Shown here: positions 35,882 through 45,004 of the stretch, one piece after another | Position numbering within the stretch: position 1 is the first letter of the stretch | Layout: each line of letters starts with the position of its first letter | Source: Candidatus Eiseniibacteriota bacterium | GTDB taxonomy: Bacteria; Eisenbacteria; RBG-16-71-46; SZUA-252 | Direction: 5' to 3' | Assembly (NCBI GenBank): GCA_005893165.1 | Contig: VBOR01000056.1 | Coordinates: 1 to 47,390, forward strand | Length of the DNA stretch: 47,390 nt | Notes under the pieces: model-generated | What the model was told of the DNA's origin: nothing | Databases searched by the model: none | What the model saw: the letters and a program-made list of their open reading frames with translations, nothing else | Translations under genes and position numbers: made by a program

Positions 35882-36142
35882 TCACTCACAATCGCTCCCT
35901 CCGCACCTGCGGCACGGCGTGTACCCGAGGCGCTCCGCCTCGGCTTTCGTCGTCTTGAGCTTGCTGTAGCGGAGAGAGCTGCACCAGGCCTTGTGGTAGC
36001 GCTTTCCCGTCCGGGTCACGTAGACGACGCACTCCTTGGTCTGCGCGGAGCCGGGGCTTGGGCGTGCCGCGTGGACGGGAAGCGCGCCGGGAAGCGCGAG
36101 GGAAACGAGAACGGTCCCGAGGAGGAGCAGACGCCTGATCAT
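35882..36142 (-). CDS. Small exported protein with an Ada-metal-binding-like Cys/His domain
   Basis: Signal peptide then VYVTRTGKRYH-x3-C...AERLGYTPCRRC. Confidence 0.75.
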   Translation of the reverse strand: MIRRLLLLGTVLVSLALPGALPVHAARPSPGSAQTKECVVYVTRTGKRYHKAWCSSLRYSKLKTTKAEAERLGYTPCRRCGGSDCE

Positions 36143-36421
36143 GATGGGCCCCTTTGGCTCGCGTGGTCGGGTCGGACAGCCAAAATGGCGCGTGGGTGGT
36201 GGCACGAGAGGGTCGCGCCACGAGAGCCACGCTACCACCGATCGGGTCGGCTCTCCAGCAGGCGTTTCCGGCCGGCGCGAGACCGACTGCCCCCGAATGG
36301 ATTCGCTTGACGGTAGGCCTAGCTTGGCGAATGATGCGCGACCCACCCACCAAGGTGTCAGGGCCACCTAGAGGGGCAATCCTTGCAAAGCCGGTGCCTC
36401 ACATCCTCGCGACCCCGCGTC

Positions 36422-39039
36422 ATGAGCTGGAAGCACGCGATTCCGCTCGCCTGCCTCGCGCTGTTCGGCATGAGCGGTACGGCTGGCGCGCAGGTACAGG
36501 GGCAGGTATTCACCGTGAAGACCGCCTCCGCCTATCCCGCGGACTGGCAGCACTCCGGAAACTTCGCGAACATGGTCATGGTCAACAACGCGGGCCAGCC
36601 GGTGAGCTGTCTGATCGAAGCGCTTCTCCTCTCGACCGATGGGAACGGCAGCACGAGGCCGAGCTACCGTGAGTTCCCACAGGGCCCCACGTTCCTGCCG
36701 ACTCCGGTGCTCGCGGATTGGCCCACCCTCGCTCTCTATGGGAAGCTGAAGAGCAGCGTCGACAAGACCGGACACCTTCCCGACGGCACGTACACGTTGA
36801 CGATTCACTGCCTCAACATTCGAACCCTCGGCGGTCAGCCGTTCCCGGATTTCTTCACCAACGCCACCTTCGTCGTGTCCACCCCGCAGCCGCCGTCGCT
36901 CCTCTACCCGCCGAACGAGTCCGTGATCGCCGTCCCGAATCCGGTATTCCAGTGGACGCCGACCCTTCGCGCCTCGGGGACGCAGCCCGCCTACCGTCTC
37001 CGTGTGGTGGAGACGCTCCACGGCCAGACTCCGCTCCAGGCGATCGAGGCCAACTATCCGCTGTTCGAGATCAACGTGCAGGACGCGACCGCCCTTCCCT
37101 ACCCGGTCTCGGTTCCTTCCCTGCTGGACGGCCGCACCTATGCCTGGCGCGTCCAGGCGATCGAGCCGCAGGCCGCGCTCACGAAGACGCAACAGGAGCT
37201 GATCGTTCCGGTGGGCGCCAACGAGGGAAGGAGCCAGGTCTTCACCTTCACGTGGCGGACCAAGGTTCGGGCCCCCGGAGTCGCGGTGGGGGTCGGAGGA
37301 CCGCCGGAGGGTGGAGCTCCGGAAAAAGCCGAGCCCCGGCGCGGGGAGGCACCGCCGGCGCCGCGATGGGAAGAGCGGAAGAATTTCGCCGACCGACTGG
37401 TCGAGGCGATGGTGGCCCGCTGGAGTCCCCGGGCCTCTCACGCCGGCAGCCAGGCGGATTTCGCCGTGGCCCGCCGCGCCACGAGAAGGGATCTCCGGAG
37501 AGCGCTCTCGGGCACGGTGTTCGCCACCGCCTACGATTCCACGGAGAGCCTCTTCGGTCCGACGAGCCTTCCGGCGGACACTGCCGCCGCGACGCCGCCC
37601 TTACCCGGCACGGCGCCGCTCGATTCGGTTCCTTCCCCGCCGCAAGAGCCGGTGGCACCCGTTGCGGCGGCTTCGGGATTGGGCCCGGAGTGGCTCAAGC
37701 TCCACGGCGGCGCGTCGATCTCCGGAGAGACCTACAGCCGTGACGGCGTGGGCTCCCCGACGAGACCCTTCCACAGCGGACGCGTGACGACCGGGCTCTC
37801 CTTTGGACTGATGAACGACCGGCTCCGGATGCCGCTCAACGCGCTCATCTCCGGGGATCAGGTCGCGTTCCGGCAGAACATCAACCAGGTCGGCTTGAGT
37901 CCCCGCTTCCGCTGGGCCGGGCTGGAGGCAGGGAACTTCGCGCCTCAGTATTCGCCGTACACGCTGGCGGACGCCACGATCCTGGGCGGCGGCCTGGATC
38001 TCACTCCCAAGAAATGGCACCTGGGATTCGCGACCGGCCGGATCCGGAAGGCGATCGCCGTCGATCCGCTCGTCGCGGTCCAGCCTCAGTTCGCGCGGAA
38101 CGTGATCGCGGGACGGATCGGTTACGGGGATCCGCTCGCCAACACTACAACCACGACCGGCGCGCGGATTACCCGGACGTGCACGGGCACGCGTTCGGGG
38201 TGAAGCTCTTCCGCGAAACCGCGCTCTCGTCCGTGGGCGCTTCCTTCGAGCTCCTCGGTGGCGGCTTCATGAGCCTGGGCAATTCCGGAATCTCCAACGA
38301 TCGTCTCGACGTCGGCGTCACCGGCAAGACCCAGATCTACGGTGGAAAGCTCACGCTGGGCACCAACCTGGGTTGGCGGAACGACAACGTGAGCCGGACG
38401 CTCCTCGCCGAGACGAGGCGCAAGAACTACACCGCGAATGCCACGTGGCAGCCCCGCCCGAATCTAGGCGCCGACTTCCAGTTCGGATTCATCACGAGCG
38501 ACGTGAATTCCGCCGACTCCGTGGCCAGCTCGGGGAATATTTCCCGCATCGCCGGCGTCTCTCCCCACGTGAGCTGGGTGATGCGCGGGGTTCAGCAGAC
38601 GCTCGCCGCGTCCGCGACGATCCAGAGCGCGGACAACACGACCAGCGCTCCGGTGCCTCTGACCAGCACCCACGGCGTCTCGCTGCTCGCGAGCTGGTCG
38701 GCGCTGGTGCGCCCGGAGCTCTCGGTGAACCTGGGCGGGAACTACACGCGAACGGACATGGACGTCGCCGTGAGCGAGATCAGCGCGTTCGGGCCCGGAT
38801 TCACGTGGGGCGTTCCAGGGGCGCACGTGGCGACGTCGGTGCAGCTCCAGCTCACGCGTTCGAGGACGGGGAATTTCGGCACGGACACGGAATTCGCCCC
38901 GCAGGGCAACCTCCGGTGGCAGACCACGCCGCACCACGCGATCATCCTGCACGGGAATTTCCGCAAGTATCACTACACGTCGGCTGCCGCGTCGTTCAAC
39001 GAGCGCCTGGCGTCGATCGAGTACGCCGCGACGCTGTAG
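36422..39039 (+). CDS. Large exported protein: N-terminal Ig/FN3-like domains fused to a C-terminal outer-membrane beta-barrel, frame broken near 38145
   Basis: Signal peptide; PVFQWTP...YRLRVVE...YAWRVQA...SQVFTF; Pro/Ala linker; amphipathic strands (NQVGLSPRFRW, YSPYTL, GGGLDLTP) ending ASIEYAATL. Confidence 0.7.
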
Positions 39040-39045
39040 GCTCGG

Positions 39046-39783
39046 TCAGGGCAAGACCCGGATCAAGCCCGAACGCTCGAAGTCGATCCTTCCCTTCCCC
39101 TGAGGCGTCAGGTCGATGCGGGTGCCGGGCGGAACACCCCCACCCTTCCAGTGAACGCCGCGCTGCGTGGAAACGAGAACCGGTTCGGGGAGCCCCGCGG
39201 CATGAAAGGAGCCGGTGATCTGGACCTGTGTGGGGCCCAAGTAGCGCACGCCGAAGATTTCGTGTCCCTCCGCGTCTTGTAGAAGCATGGTGTGCGTATC
39301 GGGCCGGCTGGTGCGGACAGGGTACCGCTCGGGCGTATTCCGGCGGATCCGACCGACGATCCGGCCATCGTCGTCGGCAAGGTCGCACGTCACGCTCATT
39401 CCCGATTTCGGAGCATCGAGCGTTAGGAAGCGTTTCCCTTCCACGGAGAGCACGTAGCGTTCGGAAGGAGCGACCCGCAGAATGACGTCGCCCAGGGCCA
39501 GCGACATGAATCGAGCCTCGTCCGGAGAGGGCGTGGATGCGGGCAGGAGGACCATCGGCTTGCTCTGCCGGCCGTAGTTCGAGTGGATCCATCCGCTTCT
39601 TCCTAGGAAGAGCGCGAGAACGATACACGCGACGGCGATCCCGCCCACTCGAAGCGCAGGGCCCGGCTCGCGTGCGAAGAGGTGGCGTAAGGCAAGGATG
39701 CCGGCAATTACGCCGCCGAGCAGGAGCGCTGTCTCCGGAAAGAACTCCGGGTTCATGGGGACGGTCAGGATTCGAGGCTCCAT
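39046..39783 (-). CDS. Hypothetical protein, two N-terminal TM helices and a beta-rich soluble domain
   Basis: 245-aa ORF filling the gap; GGAGG RBS; several AT-ending codons including TTA. Confidence 0.65.
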   Translation of the reverse strand: MEPRILTVPMNPEFFPETALLLGGVIAGILALRHLFAREPGPALRVGGIAVACIVLALFLGRSGWIHSNYGRQSKPMVLLPASTPSPDEARFMSLALGDVILRVAPSERYVLSVEGKRFLTLDAPKSGMSVTCDLADDDGRIVGRIRRNTPERYPVRTSRPDTHTMLLQDAEGHEIFGVRYLGPTQVQITGSFHAAGLPEPVLVSTQRGVHWKGGGVPPGTRIDLTPQGKGRIDFERSGLIRVLP

Positions 39784-39820
39784 GGATGCCTCCAGTCTTT
39801 CGTGAACCGGCGAGATTCAT

Positions 39821-39903
39821 TGCCCGGGGCAGGGATCGAACCTGCATGGGGTTTCCCCCAGGAGATTTTAAGTCTCCTGCGTCTGCCGTTCCGCCACCCG
39901 GGC
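39821..39903 (-). tRNA. tRNA-Leu(UAA), CCA not encoded
   Basis: GCCCGGG/CCCGGGC acceptor stem, anticodon arm GGAGA-CT TAA AA-TCTCC, long variable arm GGGG-GAAA-CCCC, GGTTCGATCC. Confidence 0.95.
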
Positions 39904-39911
39904 TTGCTTCG

Positions 39912-41066
39912 TCACCCCTCGCGCTTCTGCGCCCACGGCCAGCGCGGCCTTCCCTCCGCCGCCGGCGCGCGCGTCGCCACGGCCGCTTCCACCGCCTCGC
40001 GCACCCCGCGCACATCGTGCTCGTCCTCGATCTCCCCGACCAGCTCCTCGATGATGTCCTCGAGGGTGATGATCCCGAGCACGTTTCCGGGAACCCCCAC
40101 GATGGCCATCTGCCGCCGGATCTTCCGGAATTCCTTGAGCTGCTCCGCGATCGAGCGATCCGGAGGCGCCCACGTCGGCGGATACATCGCGTCGGCGATC
40201 TGGATCAGACCGCTCGTCGTATAGATGTAGAACAGATCCTTCGCGTTCACGATTCCCACGATGTTCGTGCGATCGCCCTCGTACACCGGGAAGCGCGTGT
40301 GCACGCTGTCCTGCACCGCTTGCAGGATCTGATCCGGCGTGGCACGCAAGTCGAGCATCGCGACCTTGGCGAGCGGCACCATGGCTTCCTCGACCTTCTT
40401 CGCGGGAAGGCGGAACGCGTTCTTCAGCAGCTCCGCGTGCTCGGCCGACATGCGTCCCGCCTCCGAGACGTCCTCCACCAGAAGCTGGAGCTCCTCGACC
40501 GAGTGCACGTGCTGATGCGGCGCGGGGGCGTAGCCCATGGCACGAGCCAAGGATCGTCCCGCATAGCTCGTCAGCCGGATGAACGGCCGGCCGACGCGCT
40601 CGAAGGCGAGGAGCGGGGCGGCGAGCCGGATCGCGACCACGTCGGGAATCCGGATCGCGATCGTCTTGGGCGCCAGCTCCCCCACCACGACGTGCAGGAA
40701 CGTGATGCATGCGAACGCGAACACCGTCGCGGCGGTGTGCGCGGCCACCGGCCCCCAGGCCGCGGGAAGGAATCGAAACCAGGGCTGGATGAAGTGCGCG
40801 AGCCCCGGTTCCCCGATCCAGCCCAGCGCCAGGCTGGTCATCGTGATCCCGAGCTGGGTCGCCGCGATCATCTGATCGATGCGCGCCGTCGCCTGGAGGG
40901 CGAACCAGACGCCGGGCGTGCGCTTTCCCTGCAGCTCCTCGAGACGCGTCCGGCGCACCGTGACCAGGGAGAACTCGGCCGCGACGAAGAACGCATTGCA
41001 CAGAACCAGGACGGGAATCAGGAGGACCTGACCCGCGTGCAACAGCTCGCCTACGAATCCAGGCAT
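39912..41066 (-). CDS. Hemolysin/CNNM (DUF21 + CBS pair) family protein
   Basis: NAFFVAAEFSLV, TQLGIT..LGWIGEP, VVGELAPK, HTRFPV, EDIIEELVGEIEDEHD; no CorC C-terminal domain. Confidence 0.92.
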   Translation of the reverse strand: MPGFVGELLHAGQVLLIPVLVLCNAFFVAAEFSLVTVRRTRLEELQGKRTPGVWFALQATARIDQMIAATQLGITMTSLALGWIGEPGLAHFIQPWFRFLPAAWGPVAAHTAATVFAFACITFLHVVVGELAPKTIAIRIPDVVAIRLAAPLLAFERVGRPFIRLTSYAGRSLARAMGYAPAPHQHVHSVEELQLLVEDVSEAGRMSAEHAELLKNAFRLPAKKVEEAMVPLAKVAMLDLRATPDQILQAVQDSVHTRFPVYEGDRTNIVGIVNAKDLFYIYTTSGLIQIADAMYPPTWAPPDRSIAEQLKEFRKIRRQMAIVGVPGNVLGIITLEDIIEELVGEIEDEHDVRGVREAVEAAVATRAPAAEGRPRWPWAQKREG

Positions 41067-41079
41067 GGCCGGTCGCGGT

Positions 41080-42954
41080 TCAGGATAAGGAGGCGGTCAG
41101 TTCGGCGGAGGCTTCCCCGTGCAAGTCGAACGTCACGGGAACCCGCCAGCTTGGATTCGCGGGAACGCAGACTCCTTGACCTTCGTTGCAGTAGGCGAAT
41201 GAAACCTGGACGTGAAGGTCGGCGGCGCCCTCGGGCTGCGCCGGTAATTCGAAGGCGAGCGGCCATGGCTGACCGAGAAGAGTTCGTTGAAGCATCACTT
41301 CCGAGCCGCGCGCGACACGGATGCTCGCGGGAGCCTCCTCGCTCACGTGCGCCCCTTCGGGGAGCTTCACGGCGACGCGCCACGCGGTCGACTCGCCCGC
41401 GCGGAGCCTCGCGGTCGAGAGGACGGCGGGGTTGCCTTCATCGCCCAGACCGGGCAGCTCCGGCGCTTCCAGCCCCTCGATCACGACCTCGCTCGAGGTT
41501 CCCTCGACGAGATGGAAGCGCACCACGCGATGGTTGTTCGTGTCGGCGATGTAGAGGACGTCCTCGGCCGCGTGGAGCCCGCCCGGCTCGAAGAGAGCCA
41601 GGTGTCCCTCACGCTCGGTGCCGGGACGGCCGTCGCCTGCGAGCGTCTTGATGGTGCCGCCCTGGACGTCGATCTCCTTGATCTTGTGATTGTAGGTGTC
41701 GGCGACGAGGATCCGGTTCCGCCAGACGGCGACCCCCAGCGGATGCTGGAGGCGCGCGGAGGCGAAATCCCCGTCGCGATCCCCGTAGTCGAACAGTCCG
41801 CGTCCGATCAAGGTCTCGACCTTCTCCTCCGCGAGATCCACGCGCCGCACGGCGCTGACCTCGGAATCGGCGAAGTAGAGGTAGTTGCCCGAGAGCGCCA
41901 GCCCCGACGGCTGGGCCAGCGCCGCGGCTTCCACGGGCCCATCGACGATGTTCTCGCGGCCGCTCCCCACGAACGCTCGCGCGAAGCCCATGGGAAGATC
42001 GAGTCTCCAGAGCTGGTGGGGCCCGGCCATCGCGATGTAGAGCGTGGAGCCCTCGATCGCGAGGTCCCAGGGCGAGCTCAGCGCTTGCTGCGTCCCGATC
42101 TTTCCGCCGGAGCGATCGTATCCCTGCGCTCCCGTGCCCGCGATCGTGCTCACGGACCAGGAACGAAGGTCCACCGCGCGGATCATGTGGTTCTCGGTAT
42201 CCGCGACATAGAGCGTTTCGTGCGCGAGCGCGAGTCCCTGCGGATGATGGAACCCCGCGGCGTCCGCGGGCCCGTCCTCGCGCCCGGCGCGGCCGTGTCC
42301 GATGGTTCGGATCAGGCGGGACCGCCCGGTCCGGTCGGGGAGGGTGCCCACCACGACGCGGTTGTGATTGGAGTCCGTGATGAAGAGGCGCCCGCCCGCC
42401 GGGTCCGCGAGCACCTTCCCCGGAAACGCCAACCCGGTCGCCGCGCGCACGGAGCGCTCCCGGGCCGGCCGGAGCGGAGCCTTGGCGAGGGTGCCGTTCG
42501 CGCGCCCCTCTTCCAGCGCCGCGGCGATGGCCCGATCCAGCGTCTCTCGATTTCCCTCGCCCGAGACCACGCCGACCACGCGCCGGTCCGACCCCACGAG
42601 CACCAGGGTCGGCCAGGAGCGAACGGCGTACTCCCCCCACAGCCGCATGTTCTCGTCGATGACGACCGGGTGGGCGATCTCGTAACGCCCCACCGCGGCC
42701 CGGACGGTCTGACGCTGCCCCTCGTTGGTGAATTTGGCACTGTGAACCCCGATGACGAGGAAGGGCTCTTCGCGGTATTTTTCCTCGAGGTAGGCGAGGT
42801 CCGGAAGGACGTGCATGCAGTTGATGCAGCAATAGGTCCAGAAATCCAGCAGGACTACCTGGCCCCGAAGCTCGTTCGCGAACGTAAGGGGGCGATCGGT
42901 GTTCAACCAGGCGAACCCGGCATGAAGCTCCGGGGCACGGGGCCGATCGTTCAT
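41080..42954 (-). CDS. Thioredoxin-like + NHL-repeat protein (NHLRC2/SOQ1-like)
   Basis: LLDFWTYCCINCMH, IGVHSAKF, NHL repeats (YVADTENH, ADSEVSAVR, ADTYNHKIK), C-terminal YCNEGQGVC. Confidence 0.92.
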   Translation of the reverse strand: MNDRPRAPELHAGFAWLNTDRPLTFANELRGQVVLLDFWTYCCINCMHVLPDLAYLEEKYREEPFLVIGVHSAKFTNEGQRQTVRAAVGRYEIAHPVVIDENMRLWGEYAVRSWPTLVLVGSDRRVVGVVSGEGNRETLDRAIAAALEEGRANGTLAKAPLRPARERSVRAATGLAFPGKVLADPAGGRLFITDSNHNRVVVGTLPDRTGRSRLIRTIGHGRAGREDGPADAAGFHHPQGLALAHETLYVADTENHMIRAVDLRSWSVSTIAGTGAQGYDRSGGKIGTQQALSSPWDLAIEGSTLYIAMAGPHQLWRLDLPMGFARAFVGSGRENIVDGPVEAAALAQPSGLALSGNYLYFADSEVSAVRRVDLAEEKVETLIGRGLFDYGDRDGDFASARLQHPLGVAVWRNRILVADTYNHKIKEIDVQGGTIKTLAGDGRPGTEREGHLALFEPGGLHAAEDVLYIADTNNHRVVRFHLVEGTSSEVVIEGLEAPELPGLGDEGNPAVLSTARLRAGESTAWRVAVKLPEGAHVSEEAPASIRVARGSEVMLQRTLLGQPWPLAFELPAQPEGAADLHVQVSFAYCNEGQGVCVPANPSWRVPVTFDLHGEASAELTASLS

Positions 42955-43038
42955 GGCGAGAGAATACCCTATTTCGACCGCGCCGCCCGTGTTCTACTTG
43001 TTGCGAAAACAGCGTGGCGGGTACTGAGGAATCCAGGG

Positions 43039-43701
43039 ATGAGTCTCGAGAAACACCGGATGGGGGTCGTAGGCGGTGCGCTCCTGATCGTCGGCGCGCT
43101 CAGCGCGCTCGCGCTGCCCGGCAGCGGAAGCGCGGCCCCTCCGAGCGTTCCGAAGTCGGCGAAGCAAGGCGCCGCTCCGCGGGGGAAGCCGGCGCTCTCT
43201 CCGATGCCCAGGATTCCACCGTACGCCAAGGCGCAATACGACTCGATGATGTCGGTGAACGACCGGTGCCCGGTGCGTCGCGGCCATCTCAATCCCGGCA
43301 TCCGGCCGATGTACGTGAACCGGCAGCCGGTTGGATTCTGCTGACACACCTGCCCTCCGGTCTTCGGTGAAGACCCCGCTCCCTTCCTGAAAAACCTCGG
43401 CGTGTCCCTGCGGGACCCGATCTACCCGGCCCGCGTCGCGTCCTACGATCCCAAGATGCGGGTCTTCGTGAATCAGGAGGCCTATTTCTTCTCCGGGAAC
43501 GACACCAAGAAGCGTTTCCTCGCCGACCCGGTTCGATACTCGGGACCCCTGACCGACCCGGTGTCGCAGAAGCGCTTCCAGCCGACGCCGCGCTCGCCGC
43601 ACGCGAAATACGAGGATCGGATCTACTACTTCGAATCCGACGTCACGCAGCGGCAGTTCGCGGCCTCCCCCAAAGGTTTCGCCCGCCGCCGCGAGAACTG
43701 A
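43039..43701 (+). CDS. Exported triple YHS/TRASH-domain protein with in-frame TGA (probable selenocysteine, residue 102)
   Basis: GAGGA RBS, ATG 43039, signal peptide; NDRCPV...VGFC-TGA(43342-44)-HTCPPVFGEDP. The frame stays open into ORF 43402-43701, which holds two more YHS repeats (YFF..KKRFLADPVRY; DPVS..IYYF..RQFAASP). Confidence 0.85.
43359..43375 (+). promoter_or_regulatory. Putative bacterial SECIS element
   Basis: Perfect 7-bp stem GGTCTTC/GAAGACC with a GGT loop, starting 14 nt after the TGA. Confidence 0.72.
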
Positions 43702-43716
43702 CGCGCGCCCGCGGCC

Positions 43717-44928
43717 CTACGTCCGCGTCTCCGCCTGTTCCTCCGGCGGCTTGATCCTCCGGAACGCACGATAGAGAAGCAGGTCGTAGGCGATCTTGAG
43801 CGTCGCTCCCGCTGCGAGCGGAGCCCAGAGCGCCACGCCCTGCATGGCGGCTCCCGCGAACGCGGGCGCCACCGCCCACCCCGCCGTCCGCACGAGATTC
43901 GTCGCGCCTGCCGCCGCCGCCCGCTCCGGCGGTTTCACCACCGCCACCACGTACGACTGCCTCGTGGGCACGTCCATCTCGACGAGGCACTCACGCAGAA
44001 GGTAGAGGACCGCCGCCACGATAAAGGATGGCGCGATGGGCACCGTGAGGAGGAGGAGGCTCGAAGGAAGATGGGTGAACACCATGGTGCGGAGCAGACC
44101 GATCTTTCGCGCCAGCCATGCCGCGGCCAGGTGCGAGGCGGCGTTCGCGACCCGCGCGAGGAGGAACAGGGGCGCCAGCGTCTCTTCCCCGACCCCGAAC
44201 CGCTTGAAGAACCAGTACGAGAGGAGCGCCGTGGTGAGGAATCCGCCCCCCAGGCTGTCCATGGCGAAGAGTCCGACGAGCCGCGCGATTCTTCGCTTCG
44301 ACTCGGGGCTGATCGGCGGGGCCTCGGTCCGGGCATGCCGCGTCCGGACGTTCGCGCTCAGGCCCGTGTACGCGGCCGCGCCCACGAGACTCAGCGCCGC
44401 CACGGTGAGAAAGCTCCCGCGGTAGGAGGCGATCGGGGCCACGCCCGCGTGCCGGAGCAGGCTGGGAAGGAGCGCCGCCAGGGCCCCCAGCGCGTGCCCG
44501 AAGTCGAGGACGACGTTGTACCAGGCGAATGCCTGGGTCCTCCCCCGCTCGTCGGTCAGGTCCGGGAGGAGCGCCTGCTCCAAGGAGAACGCCGCGCCGC
44601 GGTCCCGCCCCATGCCGTTCACCATTCCCAACGCCGCGGCCGGTGCAAGGATCCAAGGGGATGGAGCCAGGGCGAACGCGGCCGTCCCCAGGGCGGAGAG
44701 AATCGCGAGGCCGATCAGGCATCGCGTTCGGCCCAGCCGCTCCGCGTAGAGCATGACCACCAGGGTCCCCAGGGCGACTCCCAGGAGACCCGCGGAGATC
44801 ACGAGCCCCACGCCCGCCGCGCTCTGCCCCAGCTCGGAGGCATAGAGACCCACGAGGACGCCCGACATCCCGACCCCTGTGGAGCGCGCCAGCGCGGCCG
44901 CGTAAAGGAGGCTCCGGTCGCGCGTCAT
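43717..44928 (-). CDS. MFS transporter
   Basis: Many TM segments; AERLGR, LFAMDSLGGGF, ARKIGLLRTMVFTHLPS, MDVPTRQSY. Confidence 0.92.
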   Translation of the reverse strand: MTRDRSLLYAAALARSTGVGMSGVLVGLYASELGQSAAGVGLVISAGLLGVALGTLVVMLYAERLGRTRCLIGLAILSALGTAAFALAPSPWILAPAAALGMVNGMGRDRGAAFSLEQALLPDLTDERGRTQAFAWYNVVLDFGHALGALAALLPSLLRHAGVAPIASYRGSFLTVAALSLVGAAAYTGLSANVRTRHARTEAPPISPESKRRIARLVGLFAMDSLGGGFLTTALLSYWFFKRFGVGEETLAPLFLLARVANAASHLAAAWLARKIGLLRTMVFTHLPSSLLLLTVPIAPSFIVAAVLYLLRECLVEMDVPTRQSYVVAVVKPPERAAAAGATNLVRTAGWAVAPAFAGAAMQGVALWAPLAAGATLKIAYDLLLYRAFRRIKPPEEQAETRT

Positions 44929-45004
44929 CGCTGTGGTAGCATGGCGTCGGTTCCGGACACCCCACCTGACTTCATCACCCGATCCGGTCTCCCGAGGAGG
45001 ACGT

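Noticed and set aside
36372-36387. Possible sigma54 promoter (GG-N10-GC with TTGC)
   Set aside because: The -24 element does not match TGGCAC; too weak to call.
41287-43038. N-terminal part of the 685-aa ORF ending at the Sec codon
   Set aside because: Antisense to the Trx-NHL gene; the true start is ATG 43039 with RBS and signal peptide.
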